Positions 25,043-32,000 of a DNA stretch of 32,000 nucleotides are shown here, piece by piece. The stretch is from positions 1 through 32,000 of the forward strand of contig JAZGBI010000098.1 in assembly GCA_036476315.1 (NCBI GenBank), given 5' to 3'. The stretch is from Fidelibacterota bacterium. Lineage in GTDB: Bacteria > Fidelibacterota > Marinisomatia > Marinisomatales > S15-B10. A model generated the notes under the pieces. The model saw only the letters and a list, made by a program, of their open reading frames with translations. It had not been told where the DNA came from and did not search any database. A program made the position numbers and the translations under genes. The first letter of the stretch is position 1, and every line of letters starts with the position of its first letter.

Positions 25043-26020
25043 CTACCTCTCGGCGTTCCGCAGCTCCAGTTGAGCCAGTTTGAGATATTCACTGTCAGGA
25101 TAATTGTCTATGATATTGGCGAACGCTTCAATCGCTTGAATCTCATCCCCCATCTGGCGGTAGACCAGCCCGGTCAAGATCATGGCATCGTCCTGCTTAT
25201 CTGATCTGAATAGAGGCTCAATCGCCACCAATGTTCTCAGGGTCTCACCGTATTCACCCATCTGATAGTAGCAGTCCGCTATCCAGTAGAGAACGTTTCC
25301 GGCTGTAACATCATCAACGTCTCCAAGGTACAGCTCCGCAAAATGTCGCAGCGCCATGCTGAAATCCTCTCGTTGATAGGCAAAAACGGCATTCATATAG
25401 ACCGTCCGGTTAAAGGGCCGCTTTTCATTTGTCAGTCGACGTGACGGGGCTTCGACCAAATTAATCTCCATTGGACTTACCTGGGTCAATTCCTCTTCCC
25501 GGGGTTCCTCCGCAGCAACGGGTACGGTGACCTCCTCATCATCGGCTGCTTTAGTAGCCGTGGCGTCAGCGGGAGCCACGTTCAACGGCATTACTTCAGA
25601 CGTTGATACCCGGGCCTCCTCCGGGTGAGAGATCGGCTCCCTTGCCAACAGATCGGCTATCATGCCGCGCAAGTCCTCATTCTCTTGCCTCAGGCTCCCC
25701 ACCTCCCTCTCAAAAGCGGCCTCAAGAGTCTCAATCTTTTGGCTAATTCGATTCAATGTTTGCTGCATTTCTCTCGTGGATGCAATAAAGACAGATCCGC
25801 TGGGTGCCTTATCGACAAAGAATTTTACTTTCTCCGGGGGCGCTTTCACGAGCCGGGTAACTTCTTCATCCCCTGTAGCCGATTCAATCACAATTCCCAG
25901 ATCGAGAAAGAAAATGTCATTCCCCACGGGTCCCGCTGACTGGCCGGCCAGATAGCCTGAAAGTACCATCGCAAAAGCGAGATTTCGCAGCAGATAGATC
26001 ATGGCGCGAACGATGCTCAT
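25043..26020 (-). CDS. CpoB/YbgF-like periplasmic coiled-coil + TPR protein
   Basis: Signal peptide, coiled coil (QQTLNRISQKIETLEAAFEREVGSLRQENEDLRGMIADLL), acidic linker, then YMNAVFAYQREDFSMALRHFAELY...AGNVLYWIADCYYQMGEYGETL...DDAMILTGLVYRQMGDEIQAIEAFANIIDNYPDSEYLKLAQLEL. This is collinear with the YbgF C-terminal repeat pattern (Y..A......y..A...F..F...yP.s....nA.YWLGe.yy....y..A). ATG 26020 overlaps the upstream stop as ATGA; the ORF opens at 26035. Confidence 0.6.
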   Translation of the reverse strand: MSIVRAMIYLLRNLAFAMVLSGYLAGQSAGPVGNDIFFLDLGIVIESATGDEEVTRLVKAPPEKVKFFVDKAPSGSVFIASTREMQQTLNRISQKIETLEAAFEREVGSLRQENEDLRGMIADLLAREPISHPEEARVSTSEVMPLNVAPADATATKAADDEEVTVPVAAEEPREEELTQVSPMEINLVEAPSRRLTNEKRPFNRTVYMNAVFAYQREDFSMALRHFAELYLGDVDDVTAGNVLYWIADCYYQMGEYGETLRTLVAIEPLFRSDKQDDAMILTGLVYRQMGDEIQAIEAFANIIDNYPDSEYLKLAQLELRNAER

Positions 26021-27147
26021 TCGTACTCTTCCCAATCTATCGTATAAGAATAGCCGATATACGACCCAAATTCTGCGGGTATGACGAGTTCAAATGTCCC
26101 AGTTGCCCCCGGGAGAAGAGAGGAGTCCGTGGTGATACCAGAGTCGAAGGAATAGTAACTTCCCGAGACAAAAGAGGTCAGGGTTTGAGTTTCACCACTC
26201 CAGTTCTTCCTGAATACAAAATTCACTTTGACAAAATCTGACCGGCGGCCACCAATGTTCTTCACCTGGCCGGAAAAAGTGGTATTGTTGGACCGGTCCC
26301 TTTTTTCGGAAATATTTCCCATGAGAACAATATTGGCCGCTCGATCCCTGGCGGCAAGCCGTTCCGTGGGTTCTCCTGCCACATAGCGAGGTTGTGCCAG
26401 CTTCGGCATGGGAGGTGGACTGTAGGTCTCCCGAATCTGTTCGGGAATATATTCCGGCTCCTCCTCCGCAATAACGTTTTCCACAATCCGAACCACCTGG
26501 CTCCGGTCTATCACCAGATACCCTACCAACGTCTCGACTTTCAAGATTTCCTCATCTTGATACACGACTTTTCCAAAGACAGTGCTTCCGTTGTCTAGAA
26601 TAATCTCTTTGCTGTAAATGGAGAGGGGATTCGTCCACATTTCACTTCTCGCCTGAAGATCCCGAACCTGGCCTCCCAGATGATCCATTTCCGCCGCCAG
26701 TTTCTTCAGTTCAAAACTGAGTTCGGTGGTGACATATTCTTCCTGTGGCAACCGCTCAGCTTCTTTCCCTGCGGCAGCCGCTCCCGTTTCACCGGGCTTT
26801 TTCGCCACGACCAATGACAGTTCAATTTCCTGGTCTTCATCGGCCACCGCGAAATCGAGGGAGGCGGAACCTGCATCCTCCTCGGTCGCCTTCACACTAT
26901 ACCTGCCGGGCGACACCTTCTTAAACTCAAACTTACCCTTACCACCGAACCGCTTCCCCGTTGAGGTTTGGTCCACCTCTCCCCCGTCTGCATCGAGAAG
27001 CACCACGTCAGCAGCAGGTACTTTTTCCCCCTCTTGGTCTTTCACGACACCGCTGACGGTGTACGTCTCATCCTGAGCGACCAGGAATGACCCCACAAGG
27101 GCTGTAGCAAAAACAATAAGGATAAAGTTCTTGGCAGGTTGTTTCAT
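26017..27147 (-). CDS. secreted multidomain protein: CarboxypepD_reg-like beta-sandwich, coiled coil, small beta (SH3-like) domain, C-terminal FxLYD-like beta-sandwich
   Basis: 376 aa with a signal peptide (ILIVFATALVGSFLVAQ). YTVSGVVKDQEGEKVPAADVVLLDADG...GKFEFKKVSPGRYSV is CarboxypepD_reg-like. LSFELKKLAAEMDHLGGQVRDLQARS is coiled coil. IILDNGSTVFGKVVYQDEEILKVETLVGYLVIDRSQVVRIV is a small beta domain. The C-terminal FSGQVKNIGGRRSDFVKVNFVF...LLPGATGTFELVIP is FxLYD-like. Confidence 0.5.
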   Translation of the reverse strand: MKQPAKNFILIVFATALVGSFLVAQDETYTVSGVVKDQEGEKVPAADVVLLDADGGEVDQTSTGKRFGGKGKFEFKKVSPGRYSVKATEEDAGSASLDFAVADEDQEIELSLVVAKKPGETGAAAAGKEAERLPQEEYVTTELSFELKKLAAEMDHLGGQVRDLQARSEMWTNPLSIYSKEIILDNGSTVFGKVVYQDEEILKVETLVGYLVIDRSQVVRIVENVIAEEEPEYIPEQIRETYSPPPMPKLAQPRYVAGEPTERLAARDRAANIVLMGNISEKRDRSNNTTFSGQVKNIGGRRSDFVKVNFVFRKNWSGETQTLTSFVSGSYYSFDSGITTDSSLLPGATGTFELVIPAEFGSYIGYSYTIDWEEYE

Positions 27148-27210
27148 GCGAGTACCTCGGATTTACCTCGTATTCAACCCCAGATTTCGAAAAGCCGTTA
27201 GGCGTCATAG

Positions 27211-27239
27211 AGTGTAAACCCTCCGGTTCAAAATGTCAA
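27211..27239 (-). promoter_or_regulatory. candidate sigma70-type internal promoter (TTGACA-N17-TACACT) for the downstream seven genes
   Basis: The - strand reads TTGACA (complement of 27234-27239), exactly 17 nt, then TACACT (complement of 27211-27216). It lies in the only sizeable gap (160 nt, 27148-27307) of the cluster, about 65 nt upstream of the ATG at 27147. Confidence 0.35.
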
Positions 27240-27307
27240 GAGAAAAGGTCCGGAGGCTAAATGGGGCCCGAAAACGGCCCGTGGTCCGGATGGGCGGGAT
27301 TTGTATC

Positions 27308-30073
27308 CTAGAACGTATAGTTGAGAGAGGCTCTGATAAGAGTGCTCCTTTTGGACTCGCCGTCAATCTTTTTGAATCGCAATCCCCCATCGAAGCGAGC
27401 CCGGAGATATTCGGTGATCCGGTAATTGACTCCTGCACGGATCCCCAGCCGGCTGAATTCCTCGTTCCCCGTACCCGAGGTACGATTGATCCCCGCCAAA
27501 AGCTTGAGTCGATTCCCCAGCACATCATACGTTCCACTCAGGGTTACATTGGTAATATTCTGACCGCCATAATCATAGGCAAAATCCTCGGGGATGCCAA
27601 ATGTGCTTCTGTTCACCGAAACAATCGCAGTGGTTTTCAGAGGAAAGGGGTATTCCGTCATCACAGACAGATTGATCACATCTGATTTCAGATTCGGGGA
27701 TACAAAGGTGGAATCGAAGAACAGCGTATCCCCAGTAAGATTCGTACCGAAGTATGGGGCGGAAGGGCGGTCATCAAACTGATCCGCCCGGTCAAGCAAA
27801 ACGTAGTTGACTGACAGGTTGTGATTGAACCCCGAGAAGCTCACTCGGTGGGTGAGTCCAAAACTGGCATTGACACTTTTCGTGAAATTGCGAAGGTCCT
27901 CCAGGTCGATTCTTCGTGCCTCAGGATCGACGTTTACCGTATCCAGGGTCGTTTTACCGTTATCGCGGTCCTGAACCCGGTAGCTCAACGCGAAAGAAGG
28001 GAGATCCCCTCCCGGGTAAATTCCCGCGTTCATAGTTACCGTATTTGTTGTGGTCACGTCCGTCACCACACGGAGAATGTCATCATCCTGATGCTTATAG
28101 ATAAGGTTGAGAAGAAGGCGATTCTGGAAAAACCCGACTCTGTCTGAAATCGTATATTGCCGATTGTTTTTCTGAATATAGGGATTGCCCAGTGAATTGA
28201 ACTCGGGGCCCACCTGCACGAATTCGAAACTGAGGCGATTCTGAAGTAAATTGCCCGAGGCTCTAAAATTGTACGCCGCAGAAGGAAGCTTCAGAATCGC
28301 CTTCACGGGCTCTTGAAACAGGAGCAGCGTGTCCACTGGTATGAGTGGCCTGAGATTCAGATTCAGCACAAACAGGTCTTCATAATCCTTGGGATCGAAT
28401 GGGATGTCAAAGGATCCTCCAATCTTTCCGTCCAGTGTCGAATCACCCAAAACACCCAGAGTGTCGAGTTCGCTTTTGCTGAACGCGCCACCCCATATAT
28501 TCCCATTGAACATACTGAATGCAAATCCCGCCTCGATTCCGATCTGACGCCTAAAGAGAGAGAACTTTAAATCGGAACCCATCACAATATTGTCCTGAGG
28601 GGAATCACCGGCCCAGCTTTCCTCGTCCGCCAGATCAATAGAATAGTTGTTCTCCAGGAGCAGATTACTAAGGTCACGGTAGGTGTAGATATCCGGGCTA
28701 ATTGCCAGGGAAAGCGCTTCAACCGTGTCGACTTCTATCTTGGCATTGTCCAGAATAGGCTCTACCGAAGTAATATCATCCTTTGCCTTCAACCAGTTGA
28801 AGCCCAGCTGAAAGATCTTTCCGCTGCCAAAACTCAACCGTGTGGAAAAAATATCTTTTTGGAAGGTGTATCCCTTCCTGTTGAGCTGGTATCTTATGGA
28901 TTCTCCCTGAAGTTCCACGCCTTCAGACAGGTAGGTCTCTCCTTCACCAAGTCTCCCCTGGATTTTTCTTTCCAATTCGCCTTTCACCACATGAAGGTTA
29001 ACGAAGCCCAGTTGCAGGTCTGCATCCACGCCTCTCACTCGCTTGCCGTCCAGAGTGAATCGGGAAAGCCGGGAATTGAAATCCCCGAACTTCAACCGCA
29101 GGTAATCGCCGGCTTCCAAGCTCAACCGATACCGGTTTCTCGGTTGCTTGAAAGAATCCTCTTCCGATGTGAGTTTTAGATCCGATTTGAATCGTAAAGG
29201 ACCCCACTCTCCAGAGAAGTTCGCCGTCGTCTGACTGATTGCCAGTGGATCACCCTCATCGATTTCATCAAAAGAGTAACCCCCGTTTATCCTGCCACCA
29301 TAGGTCAGGACCCGCTCCACAGCTTCCACTTTCTCCACGTGCTCCCGAACGGCCTCAAACGACCAGGCTTTTGGCTCCACAGGGCGACCCGTCAAAGCGG
29401 TCAGTTCTATCCGTACCTGATGCCTCCCCGGGAGGAGAAGTTTAGGCTCATACGTCACAAGATCGGGACCCACAAGAGAGCGGGCCGTTACATCACGACC
29501 GTCAACGAGGAGTCTGACCGAGGATACATCCACAGAGTCCACATTGAAAAGTGAAGCCGCAATGAGGACATCATCGAACGGGATTCTTGCTCCGGGCAAG
29601 GGACTGAAAATAATAACGGCATCAACTCCCACCGCAGGTGCTGCCTCAACCACCGTCGTCGGCTCCGGTTCCGGGCTAATCTGAACAGAAACTGGGGCAT
29701 CCTGGGGATCGGTCTCTGGGAAGTTGAGTACGGACCCATCCACCAACGTTGCCGAAATGAAGTATTCCACCCCTTCGAGAGAAAGGCGTTCCAGAGGAAT
29801 TTCGCCACGCCACCCCTCCGTCGTTCCTTCCATCTCCACTTCAATGAAGCCCTCTTCACCCGTTTCTCGATAGAAAAGGTCTACCCTCTCCACATCAACA
29901 GGAGAGGAGACATCCGCCTGTATGACCAGGACTTCAGTGGCCGTGTGGCGAATAACCGGCTGATGGGTGATGACCCCTGTGGCCTGAGCGTGAAGAGAGG
30001 TAAATGTCAAAATAACACAACTTGACGTGAGAAAAATCCTTTTCCACGGCGAACCGCTTGTCTGCTGATCCAT
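27308..30073 (-). CDS. large outer-membrane beta-barrel protein with two N-terminal Ig-like/beta-sandwich domains
   Basis: 921 aa with a signal peptide (ILTFTSLHAQA). Two beta-sandwich-like domains come first; the second reads SVRLLVDGRDVT...YEPKLLLPGRHQVRIEL...WSFEA, resembling bacterial Ig/CopC-like folds. About 650 aa of alternating-strand sequence rich in G/Y/N/S/F follow, ending ..RASLNYTF with a terminal Phe, the usual OMP C-terminal signature. Confidence 0.65.
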   Translation of the reverse strand: MDQQTSGSPWKRIFLTSSCVILTFTSLHAQATGVITHQPVIRHTATEVLVIQADVSSPVDVERVDLFYRETGEEGFIEVEMEGTTEGWRGEIPLERLSLEGVEYFISATLVDGSVLNFPETDPQDAPVSVQISPEPEPTTVVEAAPAVGVDAVIIFSPLPGARIPFDDVLIAASLFNVDSVDVSSVRLLVDGRDVTARSLVGPDLVTYEPKLLLPGRHQVRIELTALTGRPVEPKAWSFEAVREHVEKVEAVERVLTYGGRINGGYSFDEIDEGDPLAISQTTANFSGEWGPLRFKSDLKLTSEEDSFKQPRNRYRLSLEAGDYLRLKFGDFNSRLSRFTLDGKRVRGVDADLQLGFVNLHVVKGELERKIQGRLGEGETYLSEGVELQGESIRYQLNRKGYTFQKDIFSTRLSFGSGKIFQLGFNWLKAKDDITSVEPILDNAKIEVDTVEALSLAISPDIYTYRDLSNLLLENNYSIDLADEESWAGDSPQDNIVMGSDLKFSLFRRQIGIEAGFAFSMFNGNIWGGAFSKSELDTLGVLGDSTLDGKIGGSFDIPFDPKDYEDLFVLNLNLRPLIPVDTLLLFQEPVKAILKLPSAAYNFRASGNLLQNRLSFEFVQVGPEFNSLGNPYIQKNNRQYTISDRVGFFQNRLLLNLIYKHQDDDILRVVTDVTTTNTVTMNAGIYPGGDLPSFALSYRVQDRDNGKTTLDTVNVDPEARRIDLEDLRNFTKSVNASFGLTHRVSFSGFNHNLSVNYVLLDRADQFDDRPSAPYFGTNLTGDTLFFDSTFVSPNLKSDVINLSVMTEYPFPLKTTAIVSVNRSTFGIPEDFAYDYGGQNITNVTLSGTYDVLGNRLKLLAGINRTSGTGNEEFSRLGIRAGVNYRITEYLRARFDGGLRFKKIDGESKRSTLIRASLNYTF

Positions 30074-30095
30074 CTTATTCCTTACTTGTCCCCTG

Positions 30096-31661
30096 CTATT
30101 GAAATTTGATGATGAGTTCTTTTCTTCGCCCGTGATTATCCTCCATATCGAAAATCAACTCCCGTTCAGCAACGATCACCATAACGGCGGTGGCCAGAAA
30201 TGCCCCCGTTTCTTTCTCCACACTCCCGGTAACCGTTACCCGAAGACCGGTCGTAATCTCACCTCCCTCAATCTCGGTATCCGGTCCTAATTTCACAATA
30301 CCGGACAAAGTTGAAGGATCGAGATCCCCTTCCTGGACGGTGATGTCGGTGATTTCGAACTGCTCGTTTACTACCGGAGAATTAACCGTCGCCAAGAGCA
30401 CTACCTGTGGAAGGCGGATACGTTCAGCAACTATGTCTCCCGTCTCTTCGTCCAAGGTTCCCACTACCGTCACCTTGAGACCGACAGTCAGTTCGTCTAC
30501 TTCTATCACGGTCGACCCTGTTACAATTACCCGGCCCGATAAGGCGGAAGCCTCAATTTCACCCACCTTCACCTCGATTTCAGACAGTTCAACCAGGCCC
30601 TCCTCGCTGACAGCGGTGATAAGTCCCGTGATTCTCAATTTAGGAATGACAACGATCATTTGTGTGGCTTCAAGAACTTCGGTCTCCCTGTTGAAAATCC
30701 CCACCACGGTGACCTCTGCCCCATAGATGATATCGTCACCTTCGATTACCGTCCCCTCGGTTATCTTCACCTCGGCGGGGAGAGTTTCTCGATCGCCCTC
30801 CACAACGGTCACGTCGGAAATGGGAAACCGGTTTCCCGTGAACGTTGATGACACAATCCCTCTTATCGTGACGCGCTCCGAAACTTCGATGAGAGTGGCC
30901 TCCACGTTCCCAGTTTGTTCATCCAGGATGCCGGTGAGAGTGATTACCGCCCCCGCTTTTACGTCAGTCCCCTCAAAGACCGTGCCTCCCGTGACCTCTA
31001 CAGTGTCAGACAGATCCTGGGCACTCACCCCTCCACCCAATACGGATATACCGGAAAGTGTAAATCGGCCTGCCGATATACCCGAGGAGGCTTCTCCCCT
31101 GACCTTTACCGTGGCGAGAACCTCGATTTTACCGTCTGCGTTCGATTCTACAACGGTCCCCGGTACTACGGAATGAACGCTTCCGGATATGAGATTGGTC
31201 AGCTCGATGGCTCCCTCAAGACTGATGATGATATCTCCAGAATCGGGATCAGTCAAAACCCACAACTCGGTCCCCTTGATCGAGGCAACCGACGTGGGGG
31301 TGGTGATGGTGAATTGCTGGGTCTGCTCTTTCACCGTTGCCTTCAAGGTGCCATAACTCAACTCCACACGCTTGGAAATTACCCCCTCGGTGCGACTTCC
31401 TGCTATCCGCGTCTCCGTGTTCTGTCTAATCTTCAGTTGAGACTTATCATCCAAAAACAGAGCGATGGCCAGCCCATCATCGCCGGTGACCACAAAATCA
31501 CCATCAAAAAGCGAGGAGCCGCGCCGGAGGGTCTGAAAGTCTGGCACTTGTTCTCCCTTATGACTGACCTGTCCGGACGTCTTCATGGTCAACGCTATCC
31601 TGTCAACGGCCAGTAGTCCACTGGTGACAGTGACCAGGAACAATAACTTCCGCATCATCAC
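30096..31661 (-). CDS. secreted FecR-domain protein followed by four tandem DUF5666-like modules
   Basis: 521 aa with a signal peptide (MMMRKLLFLVTVTSGLLA). The FecR-like region is LFDGDFVVTGDDGLAIALFLDDKSQLKIRQNTETRI...LSYGTLKATV...FTITTPTSVASIKGTELWV. Four modules of about 78 aa follow. The start overlaps the upstream stop (ATGA at 31658-31661). Confidence 0.65.
   Translation of the reverse strand: MMMRKLLFLVTVTSGLLAVDRIALTMKTSGQVSHKGEQVPDFQTLRRGSSLFDGDFVVTGDDGLAIALFLDDKSQLKIRQNTETRIAGSRTEGVISKRVELSYGTLKATVKEQTQQFTITTPTSVASIKGTELWVLTDPDSGDIIISLEGAIELTNLISGSVHSVVPGTVVESNADGKIEVLATVKVRGEASSGISAGRFTLSGISVLGGGVSAQDLSDTVEVTGGTVFEGTDVKAGAVITLTGILDEQTGNVEATLIEVSERVTIRGIVSSTFTGNRFPISDVTVVEGDRETLPAEVKITEGTVIEGDDIIYGAEVTVVGIFNRETEVLEATQMIVVIPKLRITGLITAVSEEGLVELSEIEVKVGEIEASALSGRVIVTGSTVIEVDELTVGLKVTVVGTLDEETGDIVAERIRLPQVVLLATVNSPVVNEQFEITDITVQEGDLDPSTLSGIVKLGPDTEIEGGEITTGLRVTVTGSVEKETGAFLATAVMVIVAERELIFDMEDNHGRRKELIIKFQ
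30171..31112 (-). repeat. four tandem protein-level repeats of about 78 codons inside the FecR-domain gene
   Basis: Residues 184-261, 262-340, 341-419 and 420-497 share the pattern (V/I)x(I/V)xGx(I/V)...F.(I/L)(S/T)(D/E)(I/V).V........L....V.(I/V)T.GT.(I/F)EG....G..(V/I)T(V/L).G....ETG...A..(I/M).V. Examples are AVITLTGILDEQTGNVEATLIEV, EVTVVGIFNRETEVLEATQMIVV, KVTVVGTLDEETGDIVAERIRL and RVTVTGSVEKETGAFLATAVMVI. Confidence 0.75.
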
Positions 31662-32000
31662 CGGACCTCAGTGGAAATCAAGCTCGCGGTTCCCTGTCTG
31701 AACTCCTCTACCAGGGCGTTCAAGGTGGACATATCGCTTTCTGTGCCATCAAGAGTGAAGGTGCCGGAGGCCTGGTATCCCGTTAAGGGACCGCCCGGTG
31801 TGAAGTAGGCCTGCAGAATCTCTTCCGGCAGGATCTCCTGCAATGCCTGCATGATTGGATTTACGGTCATATCTTTAATCATGAAAGCGTAAATGGGACT
31901 GTTGATCCTCTCAATACCTTCGGTTGTGGAAATCCGTTTCTGGATCTGCCATACATAAATGCTGCCGGCCATGAGGTCCACCACCCCTGCCGTGGGATAC
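31658..32000 (-). CDS. 3' part of a hypothetical protein (5' end beyond the window), first visible gene of the cluster
   Basis: The reading frame is open from the window edge (..YPTAGVVDLMAGSIYVWQIQKRISTTEG...EEFRQGTASLISTEVR) and the stop overlaps the next start. I recognise no family with confidence. Confidence 0.5.
   Translation of the reverse strand, partial: YPTAGVVDLMAGSIYVWQIQKRISTTEGIERINSPIYAFMIKDMTVNPIMQALQEILPEEILQAYFTPGGPLTGYQASGTFTLDGTESDMSTLNALVEEFRQGTASLISTEVR

Noticed and set aside
30190-31616. + strand ORFs of 178, 149 and 233 aa, rich in Ser/Thr/Pro/Val
   Set aside because: They mirror the V/T/G/E-rich repeat gene on the - strand. That gene has a signal peptide, a FecR-like domain and operon context, which these ORFs lack.
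1-32000. tRNA, rRNA, CRISPR arrays, transposases or integrases
   Set aside because: Reading the intergenic regions and ORF translations, I found no cloverleaf-like GTTC-containing candidates, no repeat-spacer arrays and no recombinase-like ORFs. A tRNAscan/Infernal run would be needed for formal exclusion.

Overview
The window reads as chromosomal DNA from a diderm (Gram-negative-type) bacterium; I cannot assign a taxon from sequence alone. It has three parts.

(1) 1-7012, + strand: a purine biosynthesis cluster, purE (3' end), purB, purF, purD, purN and purH. A decayed GxxExxY-family gene sits between purE and purB.

(2) 7068-19486: mixed housekeeping and catabolic genes. These are bioY, acetoacetyl-CoA synthetase, pyruvate phosphate dikinase, a stand-alone DprA-like protein, an SDR reductase, an M28 peptidase, a frameshifted four-helix-bundle gene, an M19 dipeptidase, a tryptophanase and a DUF481-like outer-membrane protein.

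(3) 19590-32000, all on the - strand: a tightly packed 10-gene cluster closed by a clear hairpin plus T-run terminator. From 5' to 3' it encodes:
- a partial unknown protein
- a FecR-domain protein with four tandem DUF5666-like modules
- a 921-aa outer-membrane beta-barrel protein
- a CarboxypepD_reg-like/coiled-coil/beta-sandwich protein
- a CpoB(YbgF)-like coiled-coil+TPR protein
- a beta-rich+coiled-coil+TPR protein
- flagellar-type MotA and MotB
- a minimal FliF-like protein (RBM3-like core, long extra coiled coil, FliG-binding-type C-terminal motif)
- a FliG-like protein

No other flagellar gene (export gate, FliM/N, rod, hook, filament) is present in the 32 kb. I consider this cluster the main candidate for an undescribed system: a flagellum-independent, ion-driven FliF/FliG/MotAB rotor-stator module coupled to a trans-envelope TPR and outer-membrane assembly. 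All functional calls rest on my reading of the translated ORFs and recalled family motifs. No database search was run.
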